Below are positions 1 through 13,400 of a stretch of 64,000 bases of DNA, piece by piece. The stretch is from Trichosphaerium sp. ATCC 40318 (Eukaryota; Protista; Tubulinea): assembly GCA_038496445.1 (NCBI GenBank), contig JALMLS010000478.1, forward strand, positions 89,506 through 153,505. Direction: 5' to 3'. A model generated the notes under the pieces. The model ran no database searches, was not told where the DNA came from, and saw only the letters and a program-made list of their open reading frames with translations. Every line of letters starts with the position of its first letter. Within the stretch, counting starts at the first letter, position 1. Made by a program: the position numbers and the translations under genes.

Positions 1-900
1 CGAAAGTAGAAGCTATGAGTCCAGTAGCATAAAGCATTCGTCGTAGTGGTGGGTCGTAAACAAGATCTTGTTGTTCATCACGGTAAACACGTGTTGCAGC
101 TCTGAGCGCATAAGTTAGTGAGTTACAAAAAAAAATGAAAAAGAAGAAATATGCCAACAACACCCAACATACCCAAAAACCATTGTTATGAGAGGCAAGC
201 AAGTGAGTCTAAGCGCTGGAATAGGTCTCCACCAACCAGCATGCTATGATTTAAAGTTAAAATGACATGAGAACATGTTTTTTGCATTAAAAAACAACGT
301 ACGCGTCTTTGCACTGCAATTCCAAATCCTACGGCTGCTAGAGGTAGTGTAGCGAGTAGGTATGTGTCGGATGTCGCAATGAGTAGGTTCTTTGTAAAGG
401 AGGCAAACTCAAAGACGCCTTGGAACTGAAAGAAGAGTGTTATTGTTATACTTGTTGAAAAAAGCATTCAGGTGGCCTAATCGTACTGTACTAGTGCGTA
501 CAGTGCAATGAGTTGATGCAAAAGTTGCGTACGTTTGATTTTGTAACAGATAATGTATTTTGTTCTATTTGTTGCTTGAGAGCCTAGTTGAGCGTGTTTA
601 GATGTTTTAGTAGACTACAGCGATTTGTACGCGTCAAAAGAATGTATAGAGCCATTTACCTCGTTTTCTCTCTGAAGCGCAGCTATTTGCGCCTTTTCAG
701 TGGGCGGTTTGTACGTTGGCTCTCGGACACCAGCACGTTCTAGCAGAGATTGTCCAGGGTTGTCCAATGGATTTGGAGGCTCCAATTCTTTACTGGCATC
801 AATAAAAATTTTTCTTGGCTGTTTGGTATTTTCCACGCGGATTTGATCACGAATGATTGAATTTATCATCTTGAGGCAATTATAAGTTCGTTTCGTCTAT
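1..900 (-). CDS. Partial multi-exon gene(s) of unknown function running off the left edge
   Basis: Coding-like exons at 615-890 and 300-425 with GT/AG-flanked AT-rich gaps and a hydrophobic stretch (LLATLPLAAVGFGIAV). No recognisable motif; exon linkage unresolved. Confidence 0.3.
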
Positions 901-1098
901 TTGTGCAAGAAACAGGCTAAACCATGCGATAATATTATCGCTTTGTACAATGAAGGCAACTGTGGAATAACAAACCAAGTAAACTCAAAAAAAAGCGCTA
1001 AGTTTTATAGTTTTGATTAAGGCACAAATTTGCCCGTTACACTCAAAAATACAACTCCAACCAAACAACACAGGTGTTATTAAATACCACAAAACAAA

Positions 1099-3030
1099 AT
1101 GAACAATCCCGGAGATATGGAATTGATACCAGGCACGTACAACTAAAAATGACCGTATAACCTATGCATCGCATTGCGTGACATGATTATTACAAAACAA
1201 CGTTACATATTTGCTGACGGCTGTCAGGCGAACTATACTTTCACGTATCGCACTCAGTACCAAGAACACGTCAACAGAGACGCTTCATCTCACTTCTAGG
1301 TCGTTATCGTTACGAACCCTTCCACAACGGTACATAGCCATCAAACATTGTCTGTACTGCCCTTACTCACTCGTTAACAGACTTTGGTCCGCCAAACCTC
1401 GCTCAAGTTTATAGAACATGCGAATTGATACACAAAAAGGTTCAGGTACGTTGTGCGCTTGTGCCCTGATCCTTCCCGCCAAAAAACCCACACGGCCACG
1501 CTTTTGGGACGGAAAAGGAAATGATGTCTTGTATTTTTTCGGTTGACGCTTATTTGTTCGTTTTAGGTACGCAGACAATATCCTGTGTGCGTATACATGA
1601 GCAATCAAGACCCACAGCACTTGGCAAACGCTACATTCTTGGTTTGCGCCTACCTTGTTCTCGTCCGCGGATTCACACCTAAACAAGCTTATGCACCTAT
1701 AGCCAAGGCGAATTGTACGTCTAATCAAAGTTTTAAACTTTCCTAAACAAAAACAAACACTTGTCTACACGTTGTTGCCACAAGTATACTATTTATTCAA
1801 TATATCTACGCGCGTAGGCATATCTGTTGGTATATCCAACGTTTTTCTGACTTTTTTCAGAAGAAATCTTTGTACCACTTCTGTACTCTTGAAATTAATC
1901 CTTTTTTAGTAAATTTAACTCCATTCCGTGACGCTGGATGGGGTGATTCTGTATTTGATTCGACAGTCTATCACTGTTTATGTGGGGTGTACAAAGCTAA
2001 AAAACTTGGATGGATAAATTTGGATGCTTTTGATCCTGATTACTACGAGGTACCATGACCACGTGTCATTTTTTGTTTTGTCTTCTATATCGTGACTTAC
2101 TACGAGCTATTGTCGTATTGTATTTTATCGATTATTTTTGAAGACTGTGTTGTAGCCGAGACTGTTTCTTTATTTTCTTCTTTTTTTCTTATTAAAAAAC
2201 TTATTAGCATTGGGAACAAGTCGCCAATGGTGATTTGAATTGGATCGTTCCTGGACGTATTTTAGCAATGTGTAGTCCTATAGATGACGCATTTGCTAGA
2301 GCAAATAGTTTATCAGATGTATATCACACACCTGGTGCGTTCTAGACGCATTTCATTTAAATCGTTGCACATTGTTGCACTTGCACTTTTTTTTTGTTCC
2401 TACAGTTTCGCGATTTCACGTTACCTCTTAGTTTATCAAGAGTTGCTTAAATTGGCATTTCTTGAGCTTACTTCTATTTTTTTTTGTAGAGTTTTATAGT
2501 GAGTATTTTAAGGCGAATAATGTTTCCACTATTATTCGGCTGAATAAAAAAGAATATGATCGTTCTGCATTTTTGAAGAATGGGATTCGTCACGTGGACT
2601 CATATTTTGTTGATAACACAACACCACCTAGTAATATAAGAGATAATTTTTTACGCCTTGCAGATAACTGTGTTGGTGCACTAGCAGTACGTCATGACAT
2701 GAAACCAAATATTGCAAATGGCTTTAGTTTTTTAACTTGTTTTATCAGGTACATTGTAAGTCTGGTGTTGGTCGTACTGGTACTCTTATTGCTTGTTATC
2801 TTATGAGAAAATACAGATTCACCGCTGCAGAGAGTATAGGTTATATTCGTGTTATGCGACCTGGAAGGTAAAAGATCCTTTTTTTTTTTTTTTTGATTGT
2901 TTTTTCTCATCTTTTTCTTAGCATTGTTGGGCCTCAACAAAATTATTTGGTTCGGCAAGAACCACTCATGTGGGCTATTCATGACCGTGAAAAGTCAAGA
3001 AAGTCTCCTAAGCAACGTAGAGCTCTTTGA
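1099..3030 (+). CDS. CDC14: CDC14-family dual-specificity protein phosphatase (multi-exon)
   Basis: Spliced translation gives ELIPGELYF...[18 protein letters not shown]...PFRDAG...[14 protein letters not shown]...[10 protein letters not shown]...[12 protein letters not shown]...[16 protein letters not shown], i.e. the CDC14 A-domain motifs plus the HCx5R catalytic loop. First intron 1133-1227 is GC-AG. Confidence 0.93.
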
Positions 3031-3337
3031 AAACCCAAAATTTTCAAATCTTTTCCAATGCTATTTCACGTGTTTTTTAACACGTTTGTTGGAAAATGTT
3101 TTTTTTTTTCTTCCTTTTTTCTGTTTGGTTGGAAACGAAAAAAACTGAAAGGAGATGTTCCAACTTTGCTTTTGTACAAAGTCCTTATGTAAAAAAACTA
3201 TTTGCATAAATAATACTGTAGACAAAAAATAAAAGTATACCCAAGTACCTTCTGTTGTGTAGCTCTATTTTTTTGTCCACTGACTTTGTTATTGATGAAT
3301 ATCGTTTTGCTAACTAAAATGTTGTTGTGGTTTCAGT

Positions 3338-3637
3338 CTTGGTTGTCTTTATTGTTGAGTAACTCAGCTTCTTTCAGAATGAGCCTTGCAGGTCCTTGTG
3401 ATCCTGGTGTTATATGTTGTACACTTCAAAACGGCCAACAAGGATGTTGTCCTTTCGCTAACGGCACGTGTTGCCAAGACCATTTACATTGTTGTCCTCT
3501 TGGATACAAATGTACAATTGGCCCTAACAGGTGCATACCTGACATTGGAGTATTACGTCACGCTGCTGGTACGATTATTCTTTCTGTTGTTGCTTTTTAT
3601 TCCTAACCTTGTACTAGAGTTAACAGCATACCCATAA
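3338..3637 (+). CDS. Single granulin-domain protein (5' end unresolved)
   Basis: CDPGVICCTLQNGQQGCCPFANGTCCQDHLHCCPLGYKC..RC matches granulin paired-Cys spacing. Intron with GTACGA donor before the last short exon; start exon not found. Confidence 0.65.
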
Positions 3638-4425
3638 GTAAATTCGAAATAACGAACAGAGAATAAAGTTTGTGTTTACGAAGACGTCTTGTTAATTGCG
3701 TTGGATGAGGATCTGCAATTTTTGTGATTTAATTTACATGCAGATTTGAACTTTTTCTTTTTTATCTAGATTGCCGTACATCGATTCTCCCTCTATTTTC
3801 AAGCTGAAAAAGTTCTTTGTGCAGTCAATCCACAAGACTCAATGCTGTTGCTCAAATCTAATGCTCAAAGCTGGATGAGAGAAGCGGTTGTAGAAAGAGG
3901 TCGGCACAAACTCTTTTACTACTTTCTGTGCACTATCACTGCAAACACTTCATAACGTTGATCCTTTATCCTTTGATCACTTACAAAGAGATTATATTGT
4001 GTAGAAACATTCCCGCAGTACTGATATTATAGATATAATCCTAAAAACTAGTCGCTGCGCTGTTAGTATCCCACTTCTCAGGACACCATGTGATAGTAAA
4101 TTTATTTATGAGCAAGAAGAATAAGTGACGGCCGGTGCTGATATTCTCTATGAGCATGGTACTTTTAACTCTTAGTCTTCTGAAAATGAGGAATGTGCAA
4201 ATACTACAAAAAGAATAAACACCGGTGGCAAATCAATTTTGCCGGTTACAAACATGATCTATCCTTCTTCTATACATCGTACCAAAGCGAATTAAGAGTA
4301 TGTCGCGGAAAGAGGTACATAGTTAAATGAGTACACAAATGTAGTTATTTCACAAGACAAATGTAATTAAGTACACAATCCTCAACAAACTGAAAAAAAA
4401 ACATAAACAAATCAAACTCATCCCA

Positions 4426-4823
4426 ATGAACGCAACACTACTCTTCCTTATTGTCTTTACTCTCTTTGTAACTTCTAATGCATGGCCTGTTCGCTATGTT
4501 GTACGCAATATTCAATTTACTTGTTTATTTCATCACGTGCTTGCGGTTTTATCCAAAACAACAAATGTTGATTTCAAGGTTTTGAACTTGTTCTAACTTT
4601 TTTATCCAAGGAATGTCGTGATTTCTGTCAGAGCCTATACGAGAATTGTATTTCTGGTGGAACCTTACAGGAAACTTGTCGTCATAATCAAGGAGGATGT
4701 GAGGAAGATTGCTGTAAGAGACTGTACATAAATCCATACGAATGCTCACTATGTTGTGCAAATGGAAATGTTGTAAATGCACATACTTGTCGTCACATGT
4801 GTTACTTCAGGCCTAGACACTAG
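4426..4823 (+). CDS. Small secreted cysteine-rich protein, 95 aa, 2 exons (not in ORF track)
   Basis: Exon 1 4426-4500 is a signal peptide (MNATLLFLIVFTLFVTSNA). Intron 4501-4610 GTACGC..AAG. Exon 2 4611-4823 is open with 12 Cys. AATAAA follows about 30 nt after the stop. Confidence 0.7.
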
Positions 4824-5898
4824 TGCTACACGACCGCGTTAAACGCCCCCACAATAAATAGTTCTGTTTCATATTGTTTGGTTCACGTTGAAGCTGGAAG
4901 TACAATTAAGTACCTAACCAAGGAGACATGACATCTCTCAAGGTATTGGACGTCCATGTCAACTAATAGGTGCTTACCATAGAACTTTGTATTGCGTTTG
5001 TTGATGACCTCCTACAATGTTGTCTACAAAAGAAGTAAATTACAGTTATAGTGGTAAGTCAAAATACAGGAAAAAAAAAACTAAAAAGTAAAGTTTTAGC
5101 GTTCAAATTCTCTGCCTGTATTGGTTATCACGTGCTCTTTTGTAGTTAATTCACGTATATTTGTAAGCGTGTGCCTCTCAAACCTAAAACTAGGTTCTGT
5201 AACATATTAGGCTCCTCATTTCATGAACTTCGAAATTTTACACCGTCACACATTGTTTGTGCGCAGCGGCCTTGTTTTGCTGGGTTAGAGCTCCGTTTGT
5301 AAAAAAAATTTGGGACTTTACCTGATTTGGGACACTTTTCATGTTTGAGTAAATGGCGTTTTTTGTTCAGTCGTGAGCTACGATTATTGGCAATATAAAT
5401 GATCCTCATTGTAATTCAGCTGAAAATTCCAATGACGTCATAAGGAAAAATGTTGGGTTTTTTTGACATCCAACGAAATAACAATAAACTGTTCTTTTTT
5501 TTTGCATTGGTTCAGACCTCTATTCTCGGAGTTTTATCAACACTGATATTTAGATAATAAAACGTGAACCCACATCTCTCTACAAGTTTTGTGTTGGATA
5601 TATACTTGCTGCTGCTCAATTAGACCGTTTTTAGAAGGTACATAGCACACAAGTACTGCAAAACTTTGCTTCGCTTTTAAATGGATTTACGAGGACCTTT
5701 GGATCTAACATTGATTTCTACTATGTAGCGCTCTCATTAGTGTGTCGCCATTAGTGTTGAAACAAACAGTGAGAACAGATCACACTTTTTGAAATACTTT
5801 TGAAAAAACTGTTTCCCAAACCATCACGTGCGTTGAATTCAAAAACTATGAATATCATTTTCGTTCTTGTTATGAGGAGTATCTTATTGTTTTAGAAA

Positions 5899-7892
5899 AT
5901 GGATTTGGTCTATTTCTGCGCTGTATTCTTAATTGTCACGTTTGTCGCTATGAATAATGGTAATACAGGTACGAGTAGTACAAGCCTTTAAGAATAACAA
6001 TAATTTTGTTTTAGTCATAACTTCAAGTGAACACGTTTGTGGCAATAATCTTAGTTGTTATCTGCGAGAAGAACCTACAGAGCTTATTCTCAATTCAACA
6101 AACTTGTTTTTTGATAACTCTACAATACCTTACGTTAGACAAAGCGTTGACATTTATGGTAAGTTGGTGGTTCTCAGTCAGTTGTAACTAAGTGCGCTTA
6201 GGATTGTATAATGTAAATGTCTCTTGCTACGAAATAGAGCAGTTACGCTCACTTTCTGTAATCAGTATCTCGATGTCGGGATTTACAATTCGAGACTGCT
6301 TTTTCTCACTAAGCGATTATGCGAATGTTACCATGACGTACTTGGAGCAAGGCAACCCTAAAAGCAATGTTAATACTCACTTTAGAAACATGACATTTAC
6401 TGGGCATCAAGCAGGCTTATATGTTGTTCCTAGTGTGCTCAATACGGCTGTGACTCTAAAAAATGTGGCATTTAGAGATATTTTTTTCGAATCATTCCCT
6501 GTTCCGGTATTTACTGTTGCTCACATAGAAAGAGCTTATTTGCAAGATTGTGTTTTTTCACAGATATCTCACGCCAACAACGAAACACTCACACAGGGTA
6601 CCAAAGACCAATCATGTTTGTCCATAACGCCACATAGGTGCTATTGTTTTTCAGAGCATTACAAGCGTACACAAGCAATTTATTTTGAATCTCATTTAAC
6701 TGATTTAATTAGGTTGTAATCAATTCTTGTTTCTTTGAGGACAATAATATTATTGATGCTCCACTTTTAAACATATTTTCAGATGAAGCAGAAATATCAA
6801 ACTCTAGTTTTGTGAGAAATAAAGCGAGCACATCACCTGACGGCACATGTAGGGGTAATGTTACATGTAGTTATGAGTATTAACCACAATTTGGAATAGA
6901 GTATGTGGATGTACAGTATACTAGGTTGCTTGTAGATTCTTGTGTGTTTGAGAATAATACTTGCATGTACGTTCTCTTGTTTGTTCTATTGTGAAGTATC
7001 TTGCCATTTACAATACTCGTTTAGAAGAACAAATTCTTCAGCAATTCTAACTTCTCCTTCTTTTGATGGGTTTGAAAGCAACATTACAATAAGGTCAAGA
7101 ATATTCTATTTACTGGTGTGGTGAAGTGCTTATCTTTGTGTAGAAATACAATCTTTGTTAATGCAACTGTGCCACCAATAATCACACCTACAGTTGAGCC
7201 AACTGCGCCACCGGCAACCACAACTACACTACCAAATGAAATTGTGTTATCTAGTACTTTGATAATAGATGGAGACTTGATCCACTCAGGAACAGCTACA
7301 ATTACTCCAGGAGGCTTTCTTGAAGTTGAAGGTAACACGTGATTCAGTTTTTGATATTTTATGTTATTGAGTCATCCTTGATCTCATTAAGTGTAGGATC
7401 TATTGTGATACCACCAAACACGATGTTCATCATTGATTTCACTGGTTACAATGATACAATTGTTGATGACACAAGAATAGAAGTAATGAGAAGTAACAAT
7501 GGCACAATAACCGGTAATGTTACGTTTGTTCCACCTCCACAAGAGACGTGTTTAAGTGCATCACTTGATAGAACTCTTTCATCGTATGTCTATGTCTACT
7601 TTTGAGTCATCTAAATGACCCTGATTTTGATTTTAGGATATTTGTAATTGTATCAAGACCTGACACTTGTGGCAACAAACCAGAAACAGTGAACGTTGGT
7701 ATGGTGCTTGGTATTACTTTTGGTGTTCTTGCATTGGTATGTTGTTATCTTGATTTTAGCATGTTCCTTTTGACTTGGTGATAGGTGGTCATTGGTCTTA
7801 TTGCCATCTTCTTTATTACAAAGTTGAGACATGCAATTGTACCATACTCATTACGTAAAATCTCACTAAAAGTTACTTCTACTGAAAGTTAA
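5899..7892 (+). CDS. Cell-surface type I membrane protein, family copy A (signal peptide, beta-helix-like repeats, Pro/Thr stalk, TM, short tail)
   Basis: Spliced ORF MDLVYFCAVFLIV...; periodic strands VTLKNVAFRD, VINSCFFEDN, ISNSSFVRN, LVDSCVFENN; PTVEPTAPP stalk; TM then KLRHAIVPYSLRK...STES*. Collinear with copies B-D. Confidence 0.8.
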
Positions 7893-8455
7893 TTGTAATA
7901 AACAATCGATTTAAGGCTCTTTGTTCAATGTAAAGTTCCATTTTATAGTTCAGTTGTAAAGTAAATAAATACAGCATTTGTTCGCAAACCATCTCGATAA
8001 TCAGGGCCAGCATTAACACAAACTAGTGTTATTTCAGGTCAACTCCTTTAATGAGAACATCTTGTGGCTACAAAATTACTGCCTGTTCCTCCGGGTACTA
8101 TCTAGCATGGCAAATATTAGCTGTTTAACATTGCACAGCTTTTGTGGTTTGTCTACGAGGCAAAAAAAATTCGGTGTTTGATAAGCTGCAAGCATAATCG
8201 TTTCAATAATAACGGAGTTACTTCAATAAGCCTGTTATATTCGGCTTTGAGTTTGAAATCATGCGCTACTTTCGTAGCCTTATCCTTGCTATTGGTCATA
8301 TTAAAGATAACCATTGTGCTCATCATCAGAGTTAGATTAAGACTGACACTGCAAGCAAGGACATTCAGAGAAAGGATTGTAACCGAAAAGCAAAACCGTT
8401 TATCCAAAACAGACTCAAATCAAAGGAATTTACGACTGTTACTAATTGGCACGTT

Positions 8456-8559
8456 ATGTCACTTGAGCACGACACTTTGATATAAGTTATATTGAACCAA
8501 AATACTTTAAAATCGCTTCGATTGTCAATAAACATACGAATACAGTGGCACAAGCAATC
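8456..8559 (+). pseudogene. Truncated, degraded copy of the 5' end of the F-box gene at 25775
   Basis: ATGTCACTTGAGCACGACAC...AATACAGTGGCACAAGCAAT aligns to 25775-25885 with indels and stops at the duplication junction. A shorter remnant lies near 18570-18620. Confidence 0.75.
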
Positions 8560-9589
8560 GAAGCTGGAAGTACAATGTAAGTACCTAACCAAGGAGACCT
8601 AACATCTCTCAAGGTATTGGAAGTCCTTGGCAACACTCAAATTATAATAGAAGCTTACCATAGAACTTTGTATCGCGTTTATCTACAATGTTGTCGACAA
8701 AAGAAGTAAATTATAGTATTTATACCGGTGAGTCCATTGTTCAGTCGTGTTACAATTATTGGAAATATAAATGGTACTCATTGTTGTCATTCAGCTGAAA
8801 ATTCCAATGACGTCACATGGAAAAATGTTGGGTTTTTTTGACATCCAACGAAATAAAAATCAACACGATTGTCCCTTTTATTTTGCACAGTATCTAAAGA
8901 ATTTTATTGGAGTTTTATCAACACTGATATTTGATAATAAAACGTGAACTCTTATTTTTCTCCACAAATTTTGTGGAGATATACTTGTGCTACTGCTCAA
9001 TTAGATAGTTTTTAGAAGAATACATAGCACACAAGTACTGCAAAACTTCACTTCGCTTTTTAAAGGATTTACGAGGACCGTTGGATCTAATGTTTATATA
9101 TTATGCACCACGCCATTGTGCTTGTATACCCTGTTTTAACTTTGTTTGCTTTTGACAATATCGAGAACAAACAAAACGCTCAAAGTTACAATCATGCCCC
9201 CCATCAGTGGTGTTGTCGTCATTGTTGAAACAAACAATGAGAACAGATCACACTTGATTATTTTTTAGAAACTGTTTTCCTCAAACCATCACGTGCGTTG
9301 ATTTCAAAAACTATGAATATCTTATCGTTCTAGTTACGAGGAGTAGCTATTTACTTTAGAAAATGGATTTGGTCTATTTCTGCGCTGTATTCGTAATTGT
9401 CACGTTTGTCGCTATGGATCATGGTAAAACAGGTACGAGTAGTACAAGCCCTTTATGATTAACAATAATTTTTGTTTTAGTGATAACTTCAAGTGAACAT
9501 GTTTGTGGCAATGATCTTAGTTGTTATCTGCGAGAAGAACCTACAGAGCTTATTCTCAATTCAACAAACTTGGTTTTGTTGAGTAACTA

Positions 9590-9834
9590 GAGATGGTATG
9601 GGAAACTGAAACAGTGAAAATTACGAAATTTTATAACTTCTATGTTTCAAACACAACTTACATAATATCAGGTATTTGAATTTTTTATGTTGCTCTACAA
9701 GGAGCGTAGAGTACGAAAATTGGCTTAGAATTTTGCTAAAAACTGTTGTAAATTGGAAATGTAAATTCTGAAATATTTCACTTTTGGCTCTTTTTTCAAA
9801 AAGTGTTAACAATTTCAGTTTTCCATACCATCTC
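9590..9834. mobile_element. 245-bp MITE with 22-bp TIRs and TA target-site duplication
   Basis: Left GAGATGGTATGGGAAACTGAAA; right end reverse-complements to GAGATGGTATGGAAAACTGAAA (1 mismatch). TA at 9588-9589 and 9835-9836. Absent from paralogues; keeping one TA restores the host frame. Confidence 0.9.
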
Positions 9835-10281
9835 TACTATACTGGGCTTGGAGTTACAAAAAGCGTTGACATTTATGGTAAGTTGGTTCTCAGTCAGTTG
9901 TAACTAAGTGCGTTTAGGATTGTATAATGTGAATGTCTCTTGCTACGAAGTCCAGTGGTTAATCTCATCTTTGTATGATAAAATCAGTATTTCGATGTCG
10001 GGATTTACAATTCGAGATTGCTCTATCGCACTACGCGAATATGAGAATGTTACCATTACGTACTTGGAGCAAGGCAACCCTAAAATCAATGGTAATACTC
10101 ACTTTAGAAACATGACATTTACTGGACGTGATACGGGCTTATATGTTATTAATAATGCGATCAATACTGCTGTGACTCTAAAAAATGTGGCATTTAGAGA
10201 TATTTTTCTCGAATCATTTCTTGATGCGGTATTTTTTGTTTCTTCTGCAAAAACAGCTTTTTTGCAAGATTGTGTTTTGTC

Positions 10282-10374
10282 TGTAACAGGTAAAGATGTC
10301 ACTCCGAACACAATATTTATTATCTAGGCCTTTTACATAGGTTGACTTTTACGTGGAGTAATTTCCCTCTTACA
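10282..10374 (-). repeat. 3' LTR (93 bp)
   Basis: Identical to 16298-16390. The sense strand carries TATA-like CTATGTAAAAGG followed by AATAAA. Confidence 0.95.
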
Positions 10375-10377
10375 TAG

Positions 10378-10390
10378 CTCCCCTATATCT
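10378..10390 (-). other. Polypurine tract of the retrotransposon
   Basis: Minus strand AGATATAGGGGAG lies just upstream of the 3' LTR. Confidence 0.65.
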
Positions 10391-10472
10391 GAAGTGTGCG
10401 TCCTCGTACACGCGACTGGAGCATAGGAAACCTTTGAAACCTGGTAACCGTAAAACGGAGGATGATTCATGC

Positions 10473-13400
10473 TCAGTCCTTCAGCTGCCTTTCTCTTTCA
10501 AACACTTCTTCTTCATTCTCTATTATCGCCTCTATCCAGGCTTTTAACTCTCTTACATCTTTACATCTCTTCACTTGAGCGACCAACCTGGATTGTGTGC
10601 TATTACTGCGCATATATGGACTACCCTTTCCCACTATGCTCAATAATGCTTTCACGCTATCTTTCATTGGTATAATCAGAATTTTATCTTTGATCGTTCC
10701 CAAGACTTTTAATAAAATTTCTATTCTGTGCTCATACCCCTTCGTTGTTTTATCTTTAACCATATCAGCCTTTTTAGTATTCTCTCTTATCTCTCTAATT
10801 CTTTTCGCTATTACTTTGGTTGTCGTCATCGCATCACCAGCTGTGGTTAACTCAGCCTCTGCTTTGATGTTAGGCAGGTATGTTTTACTTCTGTCTGGGT
10901 CATGGAACTCTTCTTCACGCCCTTCGAACTTCCTCATCTGTTCATCTTGCGTCAGTGCCCCTTCCGGCCGCAAGAACGAATCAATAAAAGGTTTCAATCG
11001 GCGGAAGTTAATTACTCTACTCATTCGGCTTTGAGGAGGTAAGTTGATAAGTGCTGTATTTGGAGACATCAGCTCTAATATCTCATACGGTCCCCTCCAT
11101 CTCTTAGCCAACTTTTTCTTTTCACCCGTCTTCACTTGAGGTACGAAGATGTACACTAGCTGACCTGCTTGAAAGTTCACAAATCTTGTTCTTTCATTGT
11201 AGTACTTCGCTTGCGTCTTCTTGGCCTTTAGTATATTTTCTCTCGCTATCTGGTATGCGAACCGTATTCTATGAGCAAGGGAATCCACCCAATTACCCAT
11301 ATTGTACGTGTCTGGTACTTCAACCGTCTCTTCTTTAGTGAGGTCAATTGGTAGTCTTGGTTCTCTACCAAACATCAACGCGTAGGGAGCGTATCCTGTG
11401 ACATGATGTACTGCTGTTCTGTAAGCATACAATGCGTAAGGTATCCAATAATCCCAGTTGTTCTGATCTTCGTTCACGAATGCTCTGATAATTTCTATCA
11501 ACGTGTGATTAAATCTCTCCACTTGACCATCTGTCTGTGGGTGAAATGCCGCTGTTCTGCTACCTTCAATGCGTAATATTTTGTACACTTCTTTCATCAA
11601 CGCGCCTGTGAAGTCACCACCTTGATCTGTTAAGACACGGTTGGGTATACCGTATCTAAAACAAAACTCTTTAACAAAAACAGGAGCTATATCAACCGCC
11701 TTATGCCGTGGCAGAGCATACGCATCAACCCATTTAGTAAAGTGGTCAGTGATCACTAGAAGGTACTTATTACCATTTCTCGTATCTGGCAGCGGTCCTA
11801 CAATATCCATTGCCACCAGTTGCATCGGTTGTAATACTGGGAATTCAACCATGAATCCTGGTTTTGGTAACCTCGGTGACTTAGCTCTTTGACACATCCT
11901 ACACGATTTGCACCATTCTCTAGTATCTGAGTACATGCCAGCCCAATAGAAGCGTTCACTGACCTTACCATAGGTCTTAATAAACCCTAGATGTCCTGCA
12001 AAAGGCAGGTCGTGGCATTGGCGAAGCACAAATGGTTGTAACGTTTTTGGTACTACAATCTGCATCTTGTTGCTCTCTCCAAATGAACGATTGGTACGAT
12101 TCACGTGATATAAGATACCTGACGTCTCATCGTACTTCAACCGTCTTGCAAATGTTATAAACACGCTTCTTCTAAAGCCTCTTTGCCTCGTCACATATGA
12201 CGGAACTTTTCCTTGTGTCAAAAACTGTATATAGGCCTTAAGTTCAGGGTCTTTCTCCTGACACTCTGCCCAGTTAATGGCTCCGTATTCTGGTGTGTTT
12301 TCTAAGACATTCACTTCCTCACGTCTCTCGGTGTTACCAAATTTTGTAAACGTATCATCACCTGTCCATAAAGACGTTTCAACTGCGTTAATATTGCATA
12401 ATGCCTCATTATTATAAGTATCATTTGCTAACGCATTGAGTTTATCTGACGCCCATGGTGGTCTTGTCAATGCATCAGCATCCGTATGTGTTGCTCCTTT
12501 CTTATACACTAACACAAAGTCCATTTGTTGAACCTCCAACAACCATCTAGCTAACATTGGTTTTGGGTCTGCCAGATTCTGTAAATATTGTAATGGCTTA
12601 TGATCCGTATATACAACCAATTTGAACTTTGCAAATGAGAGATATCCTTTAAACTCTCGTAACGCGAGCACGATTCCTAGCATCTCTCGTTCTATTGTTG
12701 AATATTTTCGTTGGGGAGCTGTGAACGTCTTACTGAAGTATGCTACCACGTGTTGTTTCTTCTTGTGTCTCTGCACTAACGTTCCTCCTGCAGCCACTTG
12801 GGATGCATCTACGTGTATTTCGAAAGGTTTGGTAAAGTCGGGATGCCTGAGAATAGGAGGTGAAGACAGCATGTCCTTTATCTTTTCAAACGCCAGCTGT
12901 TGTTCTTTACCCCATCTCCATCTAACACCCGTTCGCCTCAAACTGTTGAGCGGTTCTACTACGTGAGCATATTTGGGCACAAACTTTCTATAGTAACCTG
13001 TTAATCCTAAACATCGTTCTATCTCTTCGACCGTCCTCGGTGGATCAGCTTTCTGAATAGCATCTGTGATACGTGGATTTGTTGCAACTCCTTCTGCACT
13101 CACAACATGACCCAAAAACTCAACCTTATCTTTAAATAGAACTGATTTCTTCGCTTTCAGTTTCATGTTATGCTCTCGTAGCCTCTCAAACAATAACTTT
13201 AGGTGCACCAGATGATCTTCAAAGGTACTGCTAAACACTATTATGTCATCGACATAACACAAGCACGTCTGCCATAGCAAGCCGGATAACATTAGGTTCA
13301 TGTGCCTTTGGAATGTAGCTTGCGCGTTCTTCAAACCAAAGGGCATACCAACACATTCGAAGAGACCCCATTCAGTCGCAAAGGCTGTCTTTTCGGCGTC

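Noticed and set aside
10295-10365. U5 snRNA-like look of the LTR + strand (GCCTTTTAC loop in a short stem, followed by CGTGGAG)
   Set aside because: No Sm site, stem spacing is off, and the motif is the reverse complement of the LTR's TATA-like box. An Infernal RF00020 search would settle it; treated as coincidence.
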